This document shows positions 8,967-17,881 of a stretch of DNA of 32,000 nt, one piece after another. Both the position numbers and the translations under genes were made by a program. Source of the DNA: Candidatus Arthromitus sp. SFB-rat-Yit (GTDB lineage: Bacteria; Bacillota; Clostridia; Clostridiales; Clostridiaceae); NCBI RefSeq assembly GCF_000283555.1, contig NC_016012.1, positions 630,001 to 662,000 of the forward strand, read 5' to 3'. The first letter of the stretch is position 1. Each line of letters opens with the position of its first letter. The notes below the pieces were generated by a model that did no database searches, was not told the DNA's origin, and worked only from the letters and a program-made list of their open reading frames with translations.

Positions 8967-10161
8967 AAAATTTAGTGTTTCATCTTTGACAAATTATATA
9001 AAAGTTAGTCTTGAAAGTGATATTCTTCTTTCAAATGTAAGTGTAAGCGGAGAAGTTTCTAACTATAAAAAACATTCTAATGGCAATGTATATTTTTCTC
9101 TTAAGGATAATGAATGTAAAATTAACTGTGTAATGTTTGGGAAATACATGGAAGAAATTGATTTTGTAGATTTTAATGATGGAGAAAAAATTGATATATT
9201 AGGGAAAATATCTCTGTATGGCAAAGAGGGAACATATCAACTCATTTGTTATATGGTAGAAAAACAAGGTGTTGGAGATTTACATAAAGAATTTGAAAAG
9301 CTTAAGGAAAAACTTAGAGAGAAGGGATATTTTGATGAATCAAACAAGAAACAGATCCCTTCTTTTTCGTTTAATATAGGGATTATAACTTCAAAGACTG
9401 GAGCAGTAATACAAGATATTTTAAATGTTGCAAAGAGAAAGAATCCGTTTATCAATATAAAAGTTTTTGATTCACTTGTTCAGGGTCCAGAGGCTTATAA
9501 AGATATAATACAAGGTATTAGGTATTTTAATATAGAAAATAATGTTGATGTAATAATAATCGCAAGAGGTGGAGGATCTATAGAAGATCTTTGGGCTTTT
9601 AATAATGAAGTTTTAGCTGAAGAGATTTATAAATCAAAGATACCTATAGTAAGTGGAGTTGGTCACGAAACAGATTTTACTATTTGTGATTTTGTTAGTG
9701 ATTTGAGAGCATCTACTCCTACTGCATCTGCAGATATATGTATACCTGATATGGATTCTATTTTGTTTTTAATTGATAGTGCAAGAGATAGTTTAAATAA
9801 AAGTATTGATAGGGCTATTGGAAATTTTAAAAATAGAGTTTATGAGCATAAGATGAGCATAAGTTCCTACTCCCCTAAAAAGATTTTAAATGAGAAGTTG
9901 ATTAAAATTAACAATGTGTCGCTATCTTTAAATAAGAAAATGAAAGATTCAATTATGAAATTTAAAGATCAGTTTAGTGAATTAAGATTAAAACTTGAGA
10001 AAAATGATATAAATCAAATACTTGATAAAGGTTTTGTTTTGGTTTGCGATGAAAATTTAAATATAATTAGAGATCCAAAAAATATAAATCAAGAGAATGA
10101 TATTTCACTTATGTTTAAAGATGAAATTATAAAAGGAAAATTTATTAAAAAGGAGGTTTAG
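8956..10161 (+). CDS. xseA: Exodeoxyribonuclease VII large subunit
   Basis: An N-terminal OB-fold region (VSGEVSNYKKHSNGNVYFSLKD) is followed by IGIITSKTGAVIQDI, IIIARGGGSIEDLWAFNNE and SGVGHETDFTICDFVSDLRASTPTA. The gene overlaps the end of nusB by 11 nt. Confidence 0.93.
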   Translation: MKLKKFSVSSLTNYIKVSLESDILLSNVSVSGEVSNYKKHSNGNVYFSLKDNECKINCVMFGKYMEEIDFVDFNDGEKIDILGKISLYGKEGTYQLICYMVEKQGVGDLHKEFEKLKEKLREKGYFDESNKKQIPSFSFNIGIITSKTGAVIQDILNVAKRKNPFINIKVFDSLVQGPEAYKDIIQGIRYFNIENNVDVIIIARGGGSIEDLWAFNNEVLAEEIYKSKIPIVSGVGHETDFTICDFVSDLRASTPTASADICIPDMDSILFLIDSARDSLNKSIDRAIGNFKNRVYEHKMSISSYSPKKILNEKLIKINNVSLSLNKKMKDSIMKFKDQFSELRLKLEKNDINQILDKGFVLVCDENLNIIRDPKNINQENDISLMFKDEIIKGKFIKKEV

Positions 10162-10165
10162 ATTA

Positions 10166-10363
10166 TTGGGTAATATGAAATTTGAGCAAAAGATGGGCTT
10201 GCTTGATAAAATTGTAAAAGAACTTGATAAAGGCAATTTATCTATAGAAGAAATTTTTGATAAATACAAAGAAGGAATTGAATTGTGTAATGAACTTAAT
10301 GGATTTATAAAAGAACTGGAAGGTAAGGTTGAGCATATAGAGTCATCTTTAAAGGGAGATTAA
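10166..10363 (+). CDS. xseB: Exodeoxyribonuclease VII small subunit
   Basis: The 65-aa helical protein contains FEQKMGLLDKIVKELDKGNLSIEEIFDKYKEGIELC and immediately follows xseA. The TTG at 10166 has good spacing from the AGGAGG at 10151-10156. The ATG at 10175 is an alternative start. Confidence 0.88.
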   Translation: MGNMKFEQKMGLLDKIVKELDKGNLSIEEIFDKYKEGIELCNELNGFIKELEGKVEHIESSLKGD

Positions 10364-10367
10364 TGTT

Positions 10368-11237
10368 ATGAAGTTTGAGTATTTAAAACAAGAAGTTGAT
10401 TATGAAATAAATAATTTGTTTTTAAATAAAGAGGGTTTAAACAAAATAGTTTATGAATCCATGTCTTATAGTTTATCAATTGGAGGTAAAAGGATTAGGC
10501 CGATTTTATTTTTATATACATATTTGCTTTTTAAAGAGAACTACAAAGATGTTATTCCGTTTGCTTGTTATATAGAAATGATTCATACGTACTCGTTGAT
10601 ACATGATGACTTACCTAGTATGGATAATGATATGTTAAGGAGAGGAAATTTAACAAATCATGTGAAATTTAGTGAGGCTGTTGCATTACTTTCTGGTGAT
10701 GGTCTTTTGACTGAGGCTTTTAAAAATATGATTGAGTTTTCTATAAAGCATGGAATGAAAGCACTTTATGCAACTTTTGTAGTTGCTAAAAGTATTGATT
10801 GTGATGGAATGATTGGTGGTCAAGTAGTAGATATTATAACAAAAAATAGAGAACTTAACGAATACACACTAAAGTATATAAACAAGAATAAAACAGGAGC
10901 ACTTATAAAAGCCTCTGTACTATCTGCTGCATATCTTGGAGATGCGAGTGATGAAGAGGTTAAAAAATTATCTGAATATGCTCATTATATCGGATTAACT
11001 TTTCAAATAATTGATGATATTTTGGATAAAATAGGAGATACTCAGACACTTGGAAAAACTTCTAATAGCGATATCCGTAATAAGAAATTTACATATGTTG
11101 ATTTGTACGGTATTGATTTGTGCAAAAAAATTTGTGAAGATAATACAAACAAGGCTATAAACATACTTAACTCATTGAATAGGGACGTATCTAATTTAAT
11201 TGATTTTACAAAATACATGTTGAATAGGAAATTTTAA
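10368..11237 (+). CDS. ispA: Farnesyl/geranyl diphosphate synthase (polyprenyl synthetase family)
   Basis: The first Asp-rich motif is LIHDDLPSMDNDMLRRG and the second is FQIIDDILD. Confidence 0.92.
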   Translation: MKFEYLKQEVDYEINNLFLNKEGLNKIVYESMSYSLSIGGKRIRPILFLYTYLLFKENYKDVIPFACYIEMIHTYSLIHDDLPSMDNDMLRRGNLTNHVKFSEAVALLSGDGLLTEAFKNMIEFSIKHGMKALYATFVVAKSIDCDGMIGGQVVDIITKNRELNEYTLKYINKNKTGALIKASVLSAAYLGDASDEEVKKLSEYAHYIGLTFQIIDDILDKIGDTQTLGKTSNSDIRNKKFTYVDLYGIDLCKKICEDNTNKAINILNSLNRDVSNLIDFTKYMLNRKF

Positions 11238-11243
11238 TTATTT

Positions 11244-12065
11244 ATGAGTGGAAAGAAACGATTAGATGTTATTTTGGTTGAAAGAGGATTTTTTGATTCG
11301 AGGCAAGTAGCTAGGACAAATATAATGTGTGGCAATGTTATTGTTAATGGAATCAAAATAACTAAAGCGGGAGAAAAAATTGATTGTGATTTAAACATTA
11401 AGATACTTGATCAAAAAGAAACGATTTATGTTAGTAGGGCTGGAGCAAAACTTAAAAAGGCAATCGATATGTTTGAAATTGATTTGAATGATAAAATATG
11501 TTTTGATATTGGGGCGTCGACGGGTGGATTTACTGATTGTATGCTTCGTGAAGGTTCGGTTAAAATTTTCGCTATTGATGTTGGTTATGGACAACTTGAT
11601 TATAGACTTAGGATGGATGAAAGAGTTGTTGTGTTTGAAAGAATGAATGTGCGTTATGCTGAACCAGAAACTTTTTCACATAAAGGGGATTTTGCATCAA
11701 TTGATGTTTCATTTATTTCTATAGAAAAAATATTAAATAAGGTTCGAAATTTTTTGAAAAATGATGCACAAATTGTTGCATTAATAAAACCTCAATTTGA
11801 AGCTGGTAAAGGTAAAGTAAATAAAAAAGGAATAGTTAAAGATAAGGAAGTACACTTTGAAGTTATAGAGAAGATTGTTAAATTTGCTGAAGCAAATAAT
11901 TTTAAAGTTCTTAACTTAACATACTCACCTATAAAAGGTGGACATGGCAATATTGAATTTCTTTTACATTTAAGCGTTAAAAATTTATCTGAAAATATTA
12001 TGATTGATGATGAATTTATTAGGAAAGTTATAGATGAAGCACATATAGAGCAAAACTATAATTAA
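11244..12065 (+). CDS. tlyA: TlyA-family 16S/23S rRNA (cytidine-2'-O)-methyltransferase
   Basis: An N-terminal S4-like domain (KRLDVILVERGFFDSRQVARTNIM) is followed by the SAM-binding motif FDIGASTGGFTDCML and by ALIKPQFEAGK. Confidence 0.88.
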   Translation: MSGKKRLDVILVERGFFDSRQVARTNIMCGNVIVNGIKITKAGEKIDCDLNIKILDQKETIYVSRAGAKLKKAIDMFEIDLNDKICFDIGASTGGFTDCMLREGSVKIFAIDVGYGQLDYRLRMDERVVVFERMNVRYAEPETFSHKGDFASIDVSFISIEKILNKVRNFLKNDAQIVALIKPQFEAGKGKVNKKGIVKDKEVHFEVIEKIVKFAEANNFKVLNLTYSPIKGGHGNIEFLLHLSVKNLSENIMIDDEFIRKVIDEAHIEQNYN

Positions 12066-12077
12066 GGAGAAAATTAA

Positions 12078-12899
12078 ATGATATTTGGAATATCAGTCAA
12101 TACTTCTAAAAATAATTATGATAAAATTGTTGAGATGATAGAAGATGTACTTAGAGAGAAATTTGACAATTGTGAGGTTAGAATATTTTTAGATGGAATG
12201 AATTTAGAAAATGAAAAGAATGAGCTTTCATTTTTGTTTATAGTTGGTGGAGACGGAACAATTCTTCGCTCAGTGAAAATTATAGATGCTTGTGACCTTC
12301 CATTAATCGGGGTTAATTATGGAACTTTAGGATTTATGGCAAGTATTGAATTGAGTGACATTGAAAGGGCTATTGATCAAATAAAGAATAATGAATATTA
12401 CATAGAGAAAAGATTAATGATAGAGGCTTGTATAGAAGGGTTTTGCAATGAAAAGCACATAGCTCTAAATGATATAGTCATAACAAAATTACCAATATCA
12501 AGACTGTTGAAATTTAATATATTTATTGATGGTAATTATTATAACTCGTTTTCTGGTGACGGATTGATAATTTCAACCCCAACAGGATCAACAGCATATT
12601 CGTTATCTGCTGGAGGTCCAATAGTTTCTCCAGATGTTGAATCAATCATTATAACTCCGATATGTCCACATTCGTTGAATGCTAAAAGTTTAGTAATTAG
12701 TCCACAAAGCATTATAAGTTTGGAGATTGATGGAGTAGATGATAATTCTTATGTTATTGTAGATGGACGAAGCCAGAAAATGATTTTAAACAATAAAATT
12801 CTTAAAATACAAAAATGTAAAAGATATTGCTCGCTTGTTAGATTTAATTTTTATGATTATTATAATGTTTTACGTGAAAAACTTATTAATAGGATTTAA
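12078..12899 (+). CDS. nadK: NAD+ kinase
   Basis: The motifs VGGDGTILRS, NDIVI and GDGLIISTPTGSTAYSLSAGGPIV are present. Confidence 0.92.
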   Translation: MIFGISVNTSKNNYDKIVEMIEDVLREKFDNCEVRIFLDGMNLENEKNELSFLFIVGGDGTILRSVKIIDACDLPLIGVNYGTLGFMASIELSDIERAIDQIKNNEYYIEKRLMIEACIEGFCNEKHIALNDIVITKLPISRLLKFNIFIDGNYYNSFSGDGLIISTPTGSTAYSLSAGGPIVSPDVESIIITPICPHSLNAKSLVISPQSIISLEIDGVDDNSYVIVDGRSQKMILNNKILKIQKCKRYCSLVRFNFYDYYNVLREKLINRI

Positions 12900-12919
12900 A
12901 ATTTAGGGAGATTTGAGAA

Positions 12920-13384
12920 ATGATAAAAAATAAACGCCATGAGAAAATAATAGATATTATAATAAATAAAGATATTGAAACTCAGGAAGAATTAGCAGAT
13001 GAATTAAGAAGTGCAGGATTTGATGTAACTCAGGCAACAGTATCTAGAGATATAAAGATATTGAAACTTATAAAAATTTCTACAAACTCTGGAACATACA
13101 AATATGGTGTTTTGAACAATCAAGAATTTAATGAAGTGACAAAGGTTGAGAGATATAAAACTATAATAGCCAGCAGTATTTTGTCAATGGAACAAATCGA
13201 TAAGGTTTTGGTTATACGAACACTTCCAGGGGCAGCTTCAGTTGTTGGCGAGGTTATAGATTCGCTAAATTTGGATGATATTGCTGGAAATGTAGCAGGT
13301 GATAACACTATCTTTGTTATGGTTAGAAACGAAAATTCTATACCTAACATACAGGAAAAAATAAATAACCTTATAAAAAGTTAG
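12920..13384 (+). CDS. argR: Arginine repressor ArgR/AhrC
   Basis: A winged-helix N-terminus (RHEKIIDIIINKDIETQEELADELRSAGFDVTQATVSRDIKIL) is followed by a C-terminal oligomerisation/arginine-binding region (AGDNTIFVMV). Confidence 0.9.
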   Translation: MIKNKRHEKIIDIIINKDIETQEELADELRSAGFDVTQATVSRDIKILKLIKISTNSGTYKYGVLNNQEFNEVTKVERYKTIIASSILSMEQIDKVLVIRTLPGAASVVGEVIDSLNLDDIAGNVAGDNTIFVMVRNENSIPNIQEKINNLIKS

Positions 13385-13394
13385 GGGAATTTTA

Positions 13395-15059
13395 ATGTTA
13401 AGGAAGATGAGGATAGAAAAATTTGCTTTAATAGATAGCTTGGATTTAGAATTTGAAAAAGGATTCACGGTAATTTCTGGAGAAACGGGTTCAGGAAAAT
13501 CTATTTTAATTGATGCAATATGTTTTATACTTGGATTTAAATTTAATAAAAGCATTGTTAGAAATGGAGAAGATAAAACATTTGTTGAGGCAATTTTTGA
13601 TATAGATCATGAAAAAATAAATGAAATTCTTGATGTTAATGGCATTGAAATAGAAGATTATCTATTTATAAGACGTGAAGGTTATGTTAATGGGAAGAGT
13701 ATTGTTAGAATAAATGGTCGAATTGTTACAAATAACACTTTAAAATTAATTTCCAAATATTTGATGGACATACATACACAGCATCAAAACTATGAACTTT
13801 TAAATAATTCTAAACATATTAATTATTTGGATAAATACATAGGAAATAAAATTGATTTTAAAAATTATTTGTGTGTTTTTAAGGAATGGAATGAATTACG
13901 AGATAAAATAAACGAGATTAAAAACAATGACCTTAATGAGAGTTATATAGAATATGTAAAGTTTCAAATAAATGAGTTGAACTCTGCAAAACTTATTATA
14001 GGTGAAGATTATGAGCTTGAGAAAAAGATAAAGCTTCTTAATAATAGTGAAAAGATTAGCAAAACACTTAATGCATCATTAGATTCATTAATTTATAGGG
14101 AGCAATTTGCAATAAATAATGAATTGATGAATATTATTAAGTCGATTAGGATGATTGATTTGAAAGATCTTAATGAAATTTCAAATAAATTGGAAGAAAT
14201 TTATTATGATTTGGAAAGTATAGGTGAAGATATAAAAGCAATATGTGATCAAACGTATTTTGATATAGATGAATTTGATAGCATAAATGCAAGGATATAT
14301 AAGATAAATGCTTTGAAAAAGAAGTTTAATAAAATGGATGTTGAGGATTTGATTAAATATAATGAAGAATTACAAGTGTATCTTGACAATGCTCTGAATC
14401 AAGAAAATCTTCTCAAAAGTTATGAAGAGCTTGAATGTGAAAAGCGTAATCAACTTAGAGTAGAGGCAGATAAAATAACAGAGATACGAAGGAAGTATGC
14501 AAAAATAATTGAAAATGAAATAGTTGATGAATTAAATTATATGGGAATGGAAAACATAATTTTTGAGATTAATATTGAAAAAGATAAAGATTTTACCCCA
14601 ATAGGTAACGATAATGTTAGCTTTTTTATATCCACAAATAAAGGTGAACCATTAAAAGATTTATCAAAGGTTGTGTCTGGTGGTGAATTGTCAAGAATAA
14701 TGTTGGCCTTAAAAATTGTATTTTTGGGAAATGAACCTATCTCTGGTATAATTTTTGATGAGATTGATACTGGGGTGAGTGGGAAGATAGCCCAAAAAGT
14801 TGGGGAAAAAATGTATTTATTGTCTAAAAGATGCCAGGTTTTTTGCATAACCCATCTTGCTCAAATTGCAAGTTTGTCCGACAATCATTATCTTGTTTCA
14901 AAAAAAATAGATAATGATAAAACGTATTCAAATATTAGGATGATAGGCTATGATGAAAAGATAAACGAAATTGCTAAGATGATTGGTGGAGAGAATATCA
15001 CAGAAGGAGCATATATTAGTGCTAAGGAACTTATTGGGAATAAAAAATTATTAGAATAA
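13395..15059 (+). CDS. recN: DNA repair protein RecN
   Basis: Walker A is ISGETGSGKSILIDAI. A long coiled-coil centre follows. The signature motif is VSGGELSRIMLALK and Walker B is IIFDEIDTGVSG. Confidence 0.93.
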   Translation: MLRKMRIEKFALIDSLDLEFEKGFTVISGETGSGKSILIDAICFILGFKFNKSIVRNGEDKTFVEAIFDIDHEKINEILDVNGIEIEDYLFIRREGYVNGKSIVRINGRIVTNNTLKLISKYLMDIHTQHQNYELLNNSKHINYLDKYIGNKIDFKNYLCVFKEWNELRDKINEIKNNDLNESYIEYVKFQINELNSAKLIIGEDYELEKKIKLLNNSEKISKTLNASLDSLIYREQFAINNELMNIIKSIRMIDLKDLNEISNKLEEIYYDLESIGEDIKAICDQTYFDIDEFDSINARIYKINALKKKFNKMDVEDLIKYNEELQVYLDNALNQENLLKSYEELECEKRNQLRVEADKITEIRRKYAKIIENEIVDELNYMGMENIIFEINIEKDKDFTPIGNDNVSFFISTNKGEPLKDLSKVVSGGELSRIMLALKIVFLGNEPISGIIFDEIDTGVSGKIAQKVGEKMYLLSKRCQVFCITHLAQIASLSDNHYLVSKKIDNDKTYSNIRMIGYDEKINEIAKMIGGENITEGAYISAKELIGNKKLLE

Positions 15060-15081
15060 AATATTTTCAAAGTGGAACAAT

Positions 15082-15113
15082 AAATCATGGGTGTATATGC
15101 TCATGATTTTTTT
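15082..15113 (+). terminator. Rho-independent terminator candidate after recN
   Basis: The stem pairs AAATCATGGG (15082-15091) with CTCATGATTT (15100-15109), including one G-U pair, around an 8-nt loop. A T-run extends to 15113. Confidence 0.55.
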
Positions 15114-15147
15114 ATGTCTACATGGTTAATGTAAAGGAGGAATGAGT

Positions 15148-16332
15148 ATGCGAATAAAAAAATTTCTAAAAATTTTCGCAGTATTTACTCCTATATTAGT
15201 ATTATTTTTGTATATTTCCTCTGTTTTATTTAGTATACCAGAGGTTGTGTTTTTAAGGGATGGGAATAATTTAAAATCTAATAAAGGGATAATAAATTAT
15301 ACATTAAATAAAATCTACGACAATATTTCGGAATACAATGCTGAATTTTTGGGATTTAAAATTCGAACGGTTGAAGTTATGGCAATCCCTAAAGAGGTTG
15401 AGCTTTATCCTGGAGGTCACATTGTCGGAATTAAATTAAGAACTAATGGACCTCTTATAGTTGGATTTTCTGACATAGAAAATAATTTTAATAAAGCTTA
15501 TAGCCCTTCAAAAGATGGAGGACTTAATATAGGAGATATAGTTTTATCAATAAATGATATTGAAATTACTTCATCTGAAGTTTTATCAGAAACATTAAGC
15601 AACTTGGATGCTGATGAATTAGAGATTAAGGTAGAGCGTGATGAGAAAATTATTGTAAAAAAAATACATCCAATTAAAAGTGTTGATGGCAAAAATAAAA
15701 TAGGACTTTGGGTTAGAGATTCAACAGCTGGGATTGGAACATTGACATTTGTTGATCCTAATACTGGAGTTTATGGAGCGCTTGGTCATCCTATAACAGA
15801 TGTTGATACAGGAGATATAATTAAAATTAGTAAAGGAAGTATTGTGAGTTCTTCGATAGTTAATGTTAAGCGTGGAGAAAAGGGAAACCCTGGAGAGCTT
15901 AAGGGAGTTTTTATAAATGACAATATAAATTTGGGAAGCGTTGAACAGAATACAAAATTTGGAATATTTGGAAAATATAGCCTAGAAAATTTTTATAATG
16001 AAAAGCTAAAGATAGCTCTGAAAGATGAGATTCAAGAAGGACCAGCTCAAATAATTTCAACAGTTGATAGTGGTGAGCCAAGAATGTATGATGTTGTTAT
16101 TGAAAAACTACTTCAGCAAGATAATCCAAGTTCGAAAAGTATGGTTATTAAAGTGGTTGATGAGGATTTACTTGAGAAGACTGGAGGAATTGTACAAGGA
16201 ATGAGTGGAAGTCCTATAATACAAAACAATAAAATAATAGGTGCAGTAACCCATGTATTAGTAAACAAACCAGATACTGGTTATGGTATATATATAGAAT
16301 GGATGCTAAAAGAGAGTAAAATTTTTGATTAA
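15148..16332 (+). CDS. spoIVB: Stage IV sporulation signalling serine peptidase SpoIVB (S55 family)
   Basis: An N-terminal membrane anchor is followed by a PDZ-like region (GLNIGDIVLSINDIEI). The catalytic His context is GALGHPITD and the catalytic Ser context is VQGMSGSPIIQNNKIIGAVTHV. I prefer the ATG at 15148, which is 7 nt from the AGGAGG at 15135-15140, over the ATG at 15142, which is 1 nt from it. Confidence 0.9.
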   Translation: MRIKKFLKIFAVFTPILVLFLYISSVLFSIPEVVFLRDGNNLKSNKGIINYTLNKIYDNISEYNAEFLGFKIRTVEVMAIPKEVELYPGGHIVGIKLRTNGPLIVGFSDIENNFNKAYSPSKDGGLNIGDIVLSINDIEITSSEVLSETLSNLDADELEIKVERDEKIIVKKIHPIKSVDGKNKIGLWVRDSTAGIGTLTFVDPNTGVYGALGHPITDVDTGDIIKISKGSIVSSSIVNVKRGEKGNPGELKGVFINDNINLGSVEQNTKFGIFGKYSLENFYNEKLKIALKDEIQEGPAQIISTVDSGEPRMYDVVIEKLLQQDNPSSKSMVIKVVDEDLLEKTGGIVQGMSGSPIIQNNKIIGAVTHVLVNKPDTGYGIYIEWMLKESKIFD

Positions 16333-16364
16333 AAACTACATTAATTTAGTTAATGTAGTTTTTT
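16332..16364 (+). terminator. Rho-independent terminator after spoIVB
   Basis: A perfect 13-bp stem pairs AAAACTACATTAA (16332-16344) with TTAATGTAGTTTT (16350-16362) around a 5-nt loop, followed by a T-run. Confidence 0.8.
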
Positions 16365-16389
16365 GCTTAGATAAAAAAGATAAAAAATA

Positions 16390-16418
16390 GAAGGAAATAA
16401 ATTTTCTTTGTCGAAAAT
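16390..16418 (+). promoter_or_regulatory. Sigma-H-type promoter candidate for spo0A
   Basis: GAAGGAAAT (16390-16398) matches the RNAGGAWWW -35 consensus. After an 11-nt spacer, GTCGAAAAT (16410-16418) matches RNNGAATWW at 8 of 9 positions. The consensus is as I recall it for B. subtilis sigma-H. Confidence 0.5.
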
Positions 16419-16436
16419 CTTAGAGAAGGTTATAAT
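16408..16436 (+). promoter_or_regulatory. Sigma-A-type promoter candidate for spo0A
   Basis: TTGTCG (16408-13), a 17-nt spacer, then a perfect TATAAT (16431-36). Confidence 0.35.
16409..16415 (+). promoter_or_regulatory. Spo0A-binding 0A box (TGTCGAA)
   Basis: This is an exact match to the 0A-box consensus TGNCGAA, about 50 nt upstream of the spo0A start. It overlaps the sigma-H-like -10 element and the -35 of a sigma-A-like promoter. Two degenerate copies occur downstream: GGCGAA at 16439-16444 and GGGCGAA at 16454-16460. Confidence 0.55.
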
Positions 16437-16466
16437 GAGGCGAATTTTAAAAGGGGCGAAAAAACA

Positions 16467-17297
16467 TTGGAAAATAAAAAGATAAGAATTTTGATTGCTG
16501 ATGATAATGAGGAGTTTTGTATAATTTTAAAAGATTATTTAAATAATGAAGGTAATTTTGATGTTGTCGGTGTAGCTAAAAATGGTATCGAAGCGTTAAA
16601 ACTTATATACGAAACTAAGCCCGATCTACTTATACTTGATATAATAATGCCACATTTAGATGGGTTAGGTGTATTGGAAAAATTAAATTTAAATAAAGAT
16701 TCAGAGTTAGCTCCTAAAATTATTGTATTATCAGCTGTTGGACAAGATAAGATAACACAAAATGCTATTAAGCTTGGTGTAGATTATTATGTTTTAAAGC
16801 CTTTTGATATGGATATCTTTATCAGAAGAATAAAGGAAATGTTTAGTATTACATTGGATAACAAATATTTTGTACATAAACAAAACAGTGTAATTAATTC
16901 TGGTAATGATGGATCAGATAATTCTTTTAAACAAGTGGAGCATGTTGATCTAGAAAGTGAGATAACAGGTATAATACATGAGATTGGAGTTCCGGCACAC
17001 ATTAAAGGATATTTTTATTTAAGAGAAGCGATTTCAATGGTGGTTAATGACATAGAATTATTGTCAGCTGTTACAAAAGAATTATATCCTTCTATCGCTA
17101 GGAAATATAACACAACATCAAGTAGAGTTGAGAGGGCTATACGTCATGCTATTGAAGTTGCATGGAGTAGAGGTCAAATAGATAGTATAAATAAGATTTT
17201 TGGATACACCATACATAATGAAAAGGGTAAGCCAACGAATTCTGAGTTTATTGCAATGGTAGCAGATCGGTTAAGACTTAAGAATAAGGTTGGATAA
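16467..17297 (+). CDS. spo0A: Sporulation master response regulator Spo0A
   Basis: The receiver domain contains ILIADDN and [22 protein letters not shown]. The Spo0A-specific C-terminal DNA-binding domain contains [45 protein letters not shown] and [14 protein letters not shown]. The start is a TTG with an AAGGGG Shine-Dalgarno. Confidence 0.95.
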   Translation: MENKKIRILIADDNEEFCIILKDYLNNEGNFDVVGVAKNGIEALKLIYETKPDLLILDIIMPHLDGLGVLEKLNLNKDSELAPKIIVLSAVGQDKITQNAIKLGVDYYVLKPFDMDIFIRRIKEMFSITLDNKYFVHKQNSVINSGNDGSDNSFKQVEHVDLESEITGIIHEIGVPAHIKGYFYLREAISMVVNDIELLSAVTKELYPSIARKYNTTSSRVERAIRHAIEVAWSRGQIDSINKIFGYTIHNEKGKPTNSEFIAMVADRLRLKNKVG

Positions 17298-17301
17298 TAA
17301 T

Positions 17302-17334
17302 AAAAGCAAGAGTTTGTGTTACTCTTGCTTTTTA
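17302..17334. terminator. Bidirectional rho-independent terminator between spo0A and the convergent 133-aa ORF
   Basis: A perfect 12-bp stem pairs AAAAGCAAGAGT (17302-17313) with ACTCTTGCTTTT (17321-17332) around a 7-nt loop. An A-run lies upstream and a T-run downstream. Confidence 0.8.
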
Positions 17335-17337
17335 AAA

Positions 17338-17739
17338 TTATTTTCTAACTCTTTGTATTTTTGTTAAACTTTTAGGTTGAGGTTGATCAACTGGAATTAA
17401 ATCTTGTTTATTTGAAAGATTTCGTATGTTTAATATTTTCAAAATTTCATGGTTTTTCTTATCCCTTAAAGCTTGAACTATAACCAAATGCCCTTGGTTT
17501 AGATTCATGAAAGAAGGTTTTTTAAACCAACGTCTTTTTTTGTAAACACATTTTATAATATTTTTGCTATTTTGTGGTTTTATAACAACTACAGCTGTTA
17601 ATATGTAAAAAATCCATAAATATCTTTTAACATTAACTTTTACTGAGAGTATATTTCCTTGAGATTGAGTTAACCTGTCACCATATTTTTTTAAATATGA
17701 TTTTGTGTAATAATCTGTTAATTTATCTCTAAAACCCAT
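17338..17739 (-). CDS. Hypothetical small basic protein (133 aa), family not recognised
   Basis: The ORF has an ATG start, an AAGGAG-like Shine-Dalgarno (GGAAAAAGGAGTTTGTAA ATG on the minus strand) and a dedicated terminator. The protein is Lys/Arg-rich. One hydrophobic stretch (LWIFYILTAVVVI) lies inside an alternating beta-strand-like pattern, and the tail is basic (PKSLTKIQRVRK). I recognise no catalytic or DNA-binding motif. Confidence 0.6.
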   Translation of the reverse strand: MGFRDKLTDYYTKSYLKKYGDRLTQSQGNILSVKVNVKRYLWIFYILTAVVVIKPQNSKNIIKCVYKKRRWFKKPSFMNLNQGHLVIVQALRDKKNHEILKILNIRNLSNKQDLIPVDQPQPKSLTKIQRVRK

Positions 17740-17838
17740 TTACAAACTCCTTTTTCCACAAACTATATATTTATATAGTATTATTTTATTTTTTGCAATT
17801 CAATATTTTTTTATAAATAATATGTAATTTTTAATTTA

Positions 17839-17847
17839 TGGTAAAAT
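17839..17847 (+). promoter_or_regulatory. Extended -10 promoter element candidate for deoC
   Basis: TGgTAAAAT lies about 35 nt upstream of the deoC ATG and ahead of the AAAGGAG Shine-Dalgarno. Confidence 0.4.
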
Positions 17848-17881
17848 GGTAATGTAATATAAATTTAAAGGAGTTTTAAAG

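Noticed and set aside
15060-15141. A possible forespore sigma-F/sigma-G promoter upstream of spoIVB (GTATA at 15093-97 and CATGGTTA at 15121-28).
   Set aside because: The spacing is about 23 nt rather than the 17-18 nt expected, and the -10 element does not fit CATnnTA. This is not supportable by eye.
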